From Candidatus Cloacimonadales bacterium (GTDB taxonomy: Bacteria; Cloacimonadota; Cloacimonadia; Cloacimonadales; JAFGVF01): 64,000 bases of DNA. Where the stretch lies: NCBI GenBank assembly GCA_963677495.2, contig CAXXOU010000004.1:1280001-1344000 (forward strand), given 5' to 3'. Positions 20,817 through 27,648 of the stretch are shown in pieces. Position numbers and translations under genes: made by a program. Numbering within the stretch: the stretch's first letter is position 1; every line of letters begins with the position of its first letter. The notes below the pieces were generated by a model that worked only from the letters and a program-made list of their open reading frames with translations, ran no database searches and was not told where the DNA came from.

Positions 20817-22273
20817 ATACGATTCCTAACTCTTTCAAAATGTTTCTTAATATGGTTCTTAATCAGTGTTGATCGATATTCGTCACTTCCCCTAACATCA
20901 CTGATAGGAGTGAACTCTTCAGCTGCAATCTCGGCAGCCTTCTCAATCACCTCATCTGTCAATGGCTTGAAGTTAAGGTACTCCATTGTTTTGTTTGCTA
21001 AGGCAGGATGCTCTTTCACGCCACCAAATGCTATTGTTACTCCTAAGATATCTCCCTCATCTATATACACAGACATGGCTGAGTTAACAGAAGATATATC
21101 CACGTTCTTTCGTTTGGAGCTTTTGATAAATCCGGAGTATGTATAGTTCTTTTTCGGCACTACAATAGCCTCAATATACTCACAATCATCTAAATCTATA
21201 TCTTTATATCCCTTATAGAACTCGCTCAGAGTAATGAACCGATCACCACATCCACCATCAAGTAGAAGCTTCGCTTCCAGTCCTAATAGCATAGATGCAC
21301 CATCAGCTACAGGACTTGCATTGCTGATGTTACCACCTAATGTGGCAACATTGCGGATTTGAGTGGAGGACATTATCTTGATTGTATCAACTAAGGCAGG
21401 GAAATACTTCTGTATAACTGCATTGTTCATTATGTCAGTAAGAGTTGCAGTTGAGCCTATCTTCACAACTCCGTCTAATTCATCTATATAGGTAAGCTCT
21501 ATCACCTCTGAAATATCTAAATACTCTTTACTGAATTCACGTCGTATGTTCGATTCGACATTCAAATCTGTGGCTCCGGCGATAAACTTATATCCACCTC
21601 TGCTAGTTAGCATATATAGTTCATCAAGATCCTTTGGCATTAAGTAACAATCAACCGGATAGTGATCTTCAACCTGCATCGGGAAGTTTTTTATCTCTTT
21701 CGGGATTGCCTCTAAATCTTTAATAATAGCTTCTTTGGATTCAGGCAGGATATCATTCTTATTGATCAGCTTGTTATGCATACTTTTGATCAGCTCTTCC
21801 CCGGCTTTGACAATATGTTTGTATCCTGTACATCTGCAAAGATTACCCTCTAAAGCAGTCTTAAAATCCGCCAAGGATGGGTTCCCATTTTCCATAAGCA
21901 AAGCGAATACACTCATAACAATACCCGGCGTGCAGAAGCCGCACTGGGTTCCATGATTGTCAAACAACACTTTCTGGATGAAGTGCATTTTATCAGGTGT
22001 ACCCAATCCTTCAGTTGTCACTACATGCTTGCCATGAAGCTTTGTCGCAGGATAGATACATGATGTAATTGATTTATAACGTAGCTTTGATTCCCAAATC
22101 TCTCCGATTGCGATAGTACATGCCCCACAATCACCTTCCGAGCAGACCTCTTTCACACTCTGCATACCAAATCTATGCAACAACTCCAACGCTGTCTCAG
22201 CCGGCTTACATTCTGTCTGCACCAACCACCCGTTCAATCTGAACTCAATTCTGTTAACCCTTATAGTTTTCAT
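20813..22273 (-). CDS. xdhA: Xanthine dehydrogenase small subunit (2x[2Fe-2S] + FAD, fused)
   Basis: CSEGDCGAC, QCGFCTPG, GNLCRCTGY, AGATDL, QIRNVATLGGNI, PISDVR. Confidence 0.9.
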   Translation of the reverse strand: MKTIRVNRIEFRLNGWLVQTECKPAETALELLHRFGMQSVKEVCSEGDCGACTIAIGEIWESKLRYKSITSCIYPATKLHGKHVVTTEGLGTPDKMHFIQKVLFDNHGTQCGFCTPGIVMSVFALLMENGNPSLADFKTALEGNLCRCTGYKHIVKAGEELIKSMHNKLINKNDILPESKEAIIKDLEAIPKEIKNFPMQVEDHYPVDCYLMPKDLDELYMLTSRGGYKFIAGATDLNVESNIRREFSKEYLDISEVIELTYIDELDGVVKIGSTATLTDIMNNAVIQKYFPALVDTIKIMSSTQIRNVATLGGNISNASPVADGASMLLGLEAKLLLDGGCGDRFITLSEFYKGYKDIDLDDCEYIEAIVVPKKNYTYSGFIKSSKRKNVDISSVNSAMSVYIDEGDILGVTIAFGGVKEHPALANKTMEYLNFKPLTDEVIEKAAEIAAEEFTPISDVRGSDEYRSTLIKNHIKKHFERVRNRI

Positions 22274-22512
22274 AATCTCTACCTCGTTTGATAGCTTAAG
22301 TTATCTGTTTTTGACCAACTGCCAATTATCAGGATACTTTTTTAGTTGTAAAGTAGAAAGTGGGGATTAACAATTAAAGAGCTATATTGTTACTCAGCTA
22401 GCGTCCATAGGAACTTGTGAGTACGACGCTAAGCGAAAGATATCAAGCAATTCTTCAGTAAGTTGTTCAATTCCTGTCATATATCCAATCATAGGACTAA
22501 TATTATTTAATG

Positions 22513-22656
22513 CATGTCAATACTAGTTTCAGAGCACGATTTGCTTCCCGGTTATAGCTCTATCGAGCTATGTGCAAGTGGGGACACTCGCACTACAAAT
22601 GTACTGCGACTCTCCTGAGTTGCTGTGCCGACAAAGTCGGCAATTTCCACTGACCG
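22513..22656. repeat. Composite hairpin element: GTAG-type REP-like unit plus one 64-bp-array unit
   Basis: Matches 44076-44177 and 43659-43774. Contains ATAGCTC-TATC-GAGCTAT, GTGCAAGTG-GGGA-CACTCGCAC-TAC and TGCCGAC-AAA-GTCGGCA. Confidence 0.85.
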
Positions 22657-22757
22657 AGACTTTGAAATCAATTACTCATGGAGAGGAAATCCTTATCAGT
22701 CGTATGGACTCGTGCTTTTTTGATTGTTTGTAGAATGCAAAATGTTAGATGAACAAT

Positions 22758-22963
22758 CATCTGTACCTTCGTAATGGTCGTAGACCTTCCGAATGGTACA
22801 CTTCGAAGGGACTGACTCGGACTTTCGTTGCGATGATAATGTGACGCGAGAACGGATCAGGTTTAGAGAACCGGAATTAGCAAACCAAGAACATATTCGA
22901 CCCACTTTGGGGTCGTGGATTCTAATGGGTCATTCAACCATGCATTTCATGCATGGCTACTCA
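22758..22963 (+). repeat. ~205-bp direct repeat, copy 1
   Basis: Aligns by eye with 24344-24555. A sub-part also resembles 128-170. Confidence 0.9.
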
Positions 22964-23077
22964 TATTTAATCACTCTGTGATTATTCCTGCTTCAGTAGA
23001 TATATTCAGTACCTTTTGCAATGACTTACGATAATTCCGGTCACCTGTGTGAGTTTAAGATCATGGGGAACCGACTG

Positions 23078-23200
23078 AAAGGAGCTTGCTTGAGAAACGA
23101 AAGCAACTCATTTTCAAAGGAGCTTGCTTGAGAAACGAAAGCAACTCATTTTCAAAGGAGTTTGCTTGAGAAACGAAAGCAACTCATTTTCAAAGGAGCT
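23078..23200. repeat. 38-bp tandem repeat, 3 full copies plus a partial
   Basis: AAAGGAGCTTGCTTGAGAAACGAAAGCAACTCATTTTC at 23078, 23116 and 23154 (one substitution); partial copy at 23192. Confidence 0.95.
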
Positions 23201-23400
23201 CGTGAGACAGTTGTCGAACAACTTCTTGGAATTATACTTCGAAGTACGCAATTCCCAGAACTCCCGATGGTCGTAATAGTGACCGCTACTGTGCGATCCT
23301 ATGGTTAGATTATACTAAAATACTGACCCTGAAGGGGTAGTAGATTCTCGGTACGGGAAAATCGACCAAGGGTGGTTCGATTTACATCACAAGAGCACCA

Positions 23401-23428
23401 TTGAGAAGGTCTTAAGACCATTCTCAAG
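23401..23428 (-). terminator. Probable terminator hairpin
   Basis: TTGAGAAGGTCTTAAGACCATTCTCAA palindrome just past the stop of the 270-aa gene. Confidence 0.5.
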
Positions 23429-23437
23429 GTAGTTATT

Positions 23438-24250
23438 CTAAAACCTATAACTAACCCCAACAACTAAATAGTGGAACAGTGAGAAGGTATAGACTTCATC
23501 ATTATCAGCCCCACCTTCGAGGATACGATAGCCGGCTCGGAATCCGAGTTTTTTCTTGAGGTTATAATTCAAACTAAGGGCTACATCTTCAGCTCTGCCT
23601 TGTGGGGCAGCAAGTGCATCACCATCCAGGATTAAACTTAAATCATTGTTCAGTCTCCAATTCAATCTGAACTTTATGATTGGGACAAATCCCACATTCT
23701 TCTTCTCTGCTTTCTTCGCATCGTCTTCGAGGGTGATATACGCATCTCTAATCTTTGCTGTAAACCCAACCCCGAAAGTCAAATTATCTCTTCTTACAAA
23801 GTCATAGCGATATGAGATACGATATGAGTTAAACTGGTAAACCGACTCTAAATCACTGTTTGCAACGAATGTTTTACCCTGATAGATTATATCTCTATCG
23901 ACCTTACCGGTAGCTGTAACTGAAAGAGGAGCATATAGCATGGATATGTGATGTTTAGGATTGAAATGATAGATTAGCTTAGCTCTGAAATAGGGCTCAA
24001 CATCAGTTTCCAAATCATCTTTTAAAGAGAACTTAGTCCCTTCATCACCTGGAATCCTCACATCATTGTACCCTGTAAATAATGCCCCACTTTCCAAATC
24101 TAATTCGAACTTAGTCTTGTTATGTTTGGGCATATTCGCAGGTCCATATTCGGATAACCAACCACTATTATTTGAATCTACTTTATATTCACCCCACAAG
24201 CATACAGTTAAAACCATCAGCATAATCAAAGCTATAATTCTTCTTGTCAT
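23438..24250 (-). CDS. Putative outer-membrane beta-barrel protein
   Basis: Signal peptide, alternating amphipathic strands, C-terminal VGVSYRF ending in Phe. Confidence 0.7.
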   Translation of the reverse strand: MTRRIIALIMLMVLTVCLWGEYKVDSNNSGWLSEYGPANMPKHNKTKFELDLESGALFTGYNDVRIPGDEGTKFSLKDDLETDVEPYFRAKLIYHFNPKHHISMLYAPLSVTATGKVDRDIIYQGKTFVANSDLESVYQFNSYRISYRYDFVRRDNLTFGVGFTAKIRDAYITLEDDAKKAEKKNVGFVPIIKFRLNWRLNNDLSLILDGDALAAPQGRAEDVALSLNYNLKKKLGFRAGYRILEGGADNDEVYTFSLFHYLVVGVSYRF

Positions 24251-24343
24251 CTTCAGCCTCCTGTGTCCTTTAATCTACATTTCTATTATCAACCGACTAT
24301 TTATAATCCTTCTATTTCACTTGTAAAGAAAAAAAACGATGGA

Positions 24344-24555
24344 CATCTGTACCTTCGTAATGGTCGCAGACCTTCCGAATGGTGCATTTCGGAGGGACTA
24401 ACCCGGACTTTCGTTGCGATGATAATGTGACGCGAGAACGAAAGTAGCTTAGAGAACCGGAATTAGCGAATCAAGAACATATTCGACCCACTTTGGGGTC
24501 GTGGATTCTAATAGGGACATACGTCCATGCATTTCATACAGTACATGGCTACTCA
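24344..24555 (+). repeat. ~210-bp direct repeat, copy 2
   Basis: Aligns with 22758-22963. Confidence 0.9.
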
Positions 24556-24740
24556 CATTTTATCCCGCTGGGATAATGACTACTAACAAAATCGAATCTA
24601 TTTTGATAAACTATTAACATAGATCTTACAACATAATGGGTATTTACTAACTCTGAAAGAGTTACATATGAGTAGCTCCGAATGCAATTCTGGGTAATGT
24701 ATTCTCCAAAAATTACACAACCCCGAATGGGTTTGAATAT
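24479..24740. repeat. REPIN-like inverted pair
   Basis: ATATTCGACCC..GGGGTCG...GGCTACTCA (24479-24555) faces its diverged reverse complement at 24666-24740. Confidence 0.6.
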
Positions 24741-24749
24741 TGACGGTAT

Positions 24750-24816
24750 ACCACGAACCACACGAAAAACACTAAATAATTCTGTCTCTTTTCGTGCTAT
24801 TTGTGCCTTTTGTGGT
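24750..24816. repeat. 9-bp-phased palindrome (CACGAA-like x3 / TTYGTG x3)
   Basis: CACGAA/CACTAA at 24752, 24761, 24770; TTCGTG/TTTGTG at 24791, 24800, 24809. Confidence 0.7.
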
Positions 24817-24860
24817 TTGATTATTTGCACTCAAACTAATCCTTCAATCAAAACATAGTC

Positions 24861-24910
24861 ATCCCACTGTTTTCCCACTGTGCACGCACTGTGCACCCAG
24901 TGAAACAGTG
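24861..24910. repeat. Left arm of 11-bp-phased CACTG/CAGTG palindromic array, interrupted by IS
   Basis: CACTG at 24865, 24876, 24887; CAGTG at 24898, 24906. Confidence 0.85.
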
Positions 24911-24963
24911 TGTCAATGGCATTTTAAATTGGTACAGTTTGGCATTTAAAAATGGTACAGTCT

Positions 24964-25695
24964 TCATTTTTGAAAATTCCTTAGTCTAAAGCTGTCTCCG
25001 AGCATTGTAATTGGTTGTGAGTGATGGAGTAATCTATCAAGAATAGCAGTTGCTATCACATTGTCGTTAAAAATAGCTCCCCATTCATTAAACAACCTAT
25101 TCGATGTTATGATTACTGATCTAAATTCGTATAAGAGATGGATGAGTCTAAAGAACAGATTAGCTGCCTTTGTCTGGAGAGGAAGATACCCCATCTCATC
25201 TATAACTATCAGATCATTCTTGGCTATATTGCTTAGATATTTATCTATGTTGTTATCTGCTTCAGCTAGTACAAGTTCTTCGATAAGGTTGTTCAGATTA
25301 TAAAACACCACCTTATATCCTGCCTTTATTGCTTCATAACTGAGTGCTGTTGCAACATGAGTCTTACCTACTCCCGGAGGTCCCATTAAAATTATATTCC
25401 TCCTCTGCTCCAGCCAGACAAAGTTCTTCCACTCCTTTACTTGTCTTTTGGTTATTACTTGTTGATAAGCATAGTCGAACTCATCAAAGGTCTTTATTAC
25501 CGGGATGTGAGCCTGTTTAAGTCTTCTGTTGATATTGGTTTGATTCCTTCCTGAGTTCTCTTTTTCAAATAGATAATGTACGAACTCCAGATAAGTCATA
25601 TTCTGTTTCTCTGCTTCTAAAACTGCACTTTCAAGAGTATTCAAAATATGAGTACAACGAGCCCTTTTGATGTATGTTTTAGTTATCTCTATCAT
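24964..25695 (-). CDS. istB: IS21 helper ATPase IstB
   Basis: GPPGVGKTH, IDEMGY, ITSN, ATAILDRLLHH, GDSFR. Confidence 0.95.
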   Translation of the reverse strand: MIEITKTYIKRARCTHILNTLESAVLEAEKQNMTYLEFVHYLFEKENSGRNQTNINRRLKQAHIPVIKTFDEFDYAYQQVITKRQVKEWKNFVWLEQRRNIILMGPPGVGKTHVATALSYEAIKAGYKVVFYNLNNLIEELVLAEADNNIDKYLSNIAKNDLIVIDEMGYLPLQTKAANLFFRLIHLLYEFRSVIITSNRLFNEWGAIFNDNVIATAILDRLLHHSQPITMLGDSFRLRNFQK

Positions 25696-25696
25696 C

Positions 25697-27172
25697 TTAT
25701 AACACCTTCATGTAGTCATCTAATGAGCGCTCTATTAATGAACTCTCTGAGTCTTGTTGTGGTTCTGATTCTGATAATTCATTTAGCTTCATTTGTCTTA
25801 CTTTTGCATTCAGAAGCTTCTCTATGGCTGTTGCCTTTACATGCGAAAGAGTCATTACCTCAGGAAGCACTGACTCCCATACATCTGTTTCATAGTTACG
25901 CTTAAACTTGCTTAAGGCTCTCAACTGATCCCTTGCTATTTTAGGGTTATCATTAACAAGCCTCTGGATTAGTTCTTCTCCTTGGATATATTCACTCATC
26001 TCATCCTTTACTCGCTCAATAAGCTCTTGTAGCACTACCGTAAAATCCCGATAATGATTAGTGTTTTTGATGATTTTGCCTTTTTCTGTGCATAGCTCAT
26101 GTTGGCAGATTTCCTTTCTTGTATAAATATCCATCACCACTAAAGTGCTCTTTTCTTTTTGCACATATACCTGTTTTCGCTGATACTCTAATGGAACAGA
26201 GTACTTATTACCCTCATACGAGATTAAGCCTGTTTTATCTGCATTACGAACTTCTAAAGTGAAGATAAACTCTGGAATATCTTTTAGCTTTAACCTCTCT
26301 TCTTGCCATACTTCTGATGGTACTTTACGGGTTGTGCCATGGGTTCTGCCGTTAAAGTGTAAAAGCCACTCAAGTCCGCGTGAACGCAGGTCTGCCAGGT
26401 CTTTGAACTCTTTGCCATACATAAAGCCATGCTTTACTTCTGAGACATTACGCTCTACTTTACCCTTGCTTTGTGGATCATAGCCTTCGCATACATGAGG
26501 ATGAAAGCCCGTTTTTGCTGCAAACTGATGGAACTGATTATTTAAGATTACTTCCCGATAGCGTTCCTGTATTACTACAAGCTTTGTCTGGTCGTAAACA
26601 CACTCTGAAGGGATACCTTCAAAATAGATAAAAGCTTCACGATGAGCTTCAATAAACCTTGATGTGTTATATGGTGTTGTGCTCCAATGGACATAGCTTT
26701 GACGCGAGTGGGAAAGCACAAAAACTATAAAATAAACTCTTTGACGTTTATTACCCAAAACTACTTTCATCTCACCTGGATCAACTTGAACCTGAACACC
26801 GGGAGCCGTCTCGATTACTGCATAATTACGGTATTTATCGACAGGATAAGTCTGCTTTAGCTTACGAACAAAATCTCGGAAAGCTCTGTCTTTTGCTTTT
26901 ATCTCAGGGAACTTTTTCTTAACTTCTAAATATAGTACACTAGCTCTTAATCGTGGATATTTGCTAAGCCTTTCGCGGACATATTGCTCACATATGGCAA
27001 AACTGCTTTCACGAATGCTATTGTTTATTAGTTCCATGAACTCATCAAGTGTCATATTTATGTATTTACCTACTGTTGTCTTTGATAGAGACAACTCCTC
27101 TGCGATCTTACGCTGACTATGCCCTTGCTTATGCATAGTTTTTATTGAATGATACACTTCTACTCCAATCAT
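25697..27172 (-). CDS. istA: IS21 DDE transposase IstA
   Basis: N-terminal HTH, ETAPGVQVQVD, YDQTK, PQSKGKVER, YSVP. Start moved to MIGVEVY (GGAG RBS). Confidence 0.95.
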   Translation of the reverse strand: MIGVEVYHSIKTMHKQGHSQRKIAEELSLSKTTVGKYINMTLDEFMELINNSIRESSFAICEQYVRERLSKYPRLRASVLYLEVKKKFPEIKAKDRAFRDFVRKLKQTYPVDKYRNYAVIETAPGVQVQVDPGEMKVVLGNKRQRVYFIVFVLSHSRQSYVHWSTTPYNTSRFIEAHREAFIYFEGIPSECVYDQTKLVVIQERYREVILNNQFHQFAAKTGFHPHVCEGYDPQSKGKVERNVSEVKHGFMYGKEFKDLADLRSRGLEWLLHFNGRTHGTTRKVPSEVWQEERLKLKDIPEFIFTLEVRNADKTGLISYEGNKYSVPLEYQRKQVYVQKEKSTLVVMDIYTRKEICQHELCTEKGKIIKNTNHYRDFTVVLQELIERVKDEMSEYIQGEELIQRLVNDNPKIARDQLRALSKFKRNYETDVWESVLPEVMTLSHVKATAIEKLLNAKVRQMKLNELSESEPQQDSESSLIERSLDDYMKVL

Positions 27173-27270
27173 ACCTACTCCAAACTGTCTTGAAGTAGTC
27201 ATTTTTAAAGGTTGGCAGTTTTGTACCACTTTTCACTGCCATCGTGTACCATTTCTCACTGCCATTGACA

Positions 27271-27325
27271 AACAGTGGGTTGGCAGTGCCTTCACAGTGG
27301 GATCACAGTGCGTGCACAGTGCGTT
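27271..27325. repeat. Right arm of 11-bp-phased CAGTG array
   Basis: CAGTG at 27273, 27284, 27295, 27306, 27317. Confidence 0.88.
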
Positions 27326-27425
27326 GGTGGATAGAGTAGTGAAAGGGAGCAAAAAGGACAATAAATACAACTAAGTGATTGGAAATTGCACTGAGTATGT
27401 TGCTTTCAGATGACTCCTCCGAAGT

Positions 27426-27568
27426 GCATTTAAGGAAGTCCGTTCTCCTTTCAGTCTGACAAACTCCCTGAAATGCTGTAAGTCATTGCAAATTGCACTG
27501 TGTTGCGACTCCGGAGTGCATATTAGGAACTCCGTTTCCTTATCAGGCCGACAAACTCCCTGAAATGC
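27426..27568. repeat. Two copies of the 51-bp palindromic repeat
   Basis: 27426-27476 and 27518-27568 match 191-241. Confidence 0.8.
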
Positions 27569-27602
27569 TGTAGTTTAATAAAATACTTGTGTATAAAGTA
27601 AA

Positions 27603-27626
27603 AGGCTGATGCAATTACATCAGCCT
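27603..27626 (-). terminator. Intrinsic terminator of the PEGA operon
   Basis: AGGCTGATG-CAATTA-CATCAGCCT followed by a short T-run on the minus strand. Confidence 0.75.
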
Positions 27627-27648
27627 ATGTTCATATAATGTTAAACTT

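Larger units (their letters stand above)
24911..27270 (-). mobile_element. IS21-family insertion sequence, copy 1 (2360 bp)
   Basis: Ends TGTCAATGGC...GCCATTGACA with sub-terminal TGGCA..TGGTAC repeats. 7-bp target duplication AACAGTG (24904-24910, 27271-27277). Carries istA and istB. Confidence 0.97.

Noticed and set aside
11117..22273. Selenocysteine (UGA) read-through in the xdh/ssnA operon
   Set aside because: All ORFs appear full length, and stops abut or overlap the next start.
23078..23200. CRISPR array (38-bp repeat)
   Set aside because: Repeats are contiguous, with no spacers.
22758..24555. Integron cassette
   Set aside because: No convincing attC R''/R' boxes next to the gene, and no integrase in the window.
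24549..24830. 93-aa minus-strand ORF, and similarly 601-810, 782-1003, 22696-22981, 37258-37461, 43402-43605
   Set aside because: These overlap palindromic repeat DNA or AT-rich spacers, with no RBS or protein-like features.
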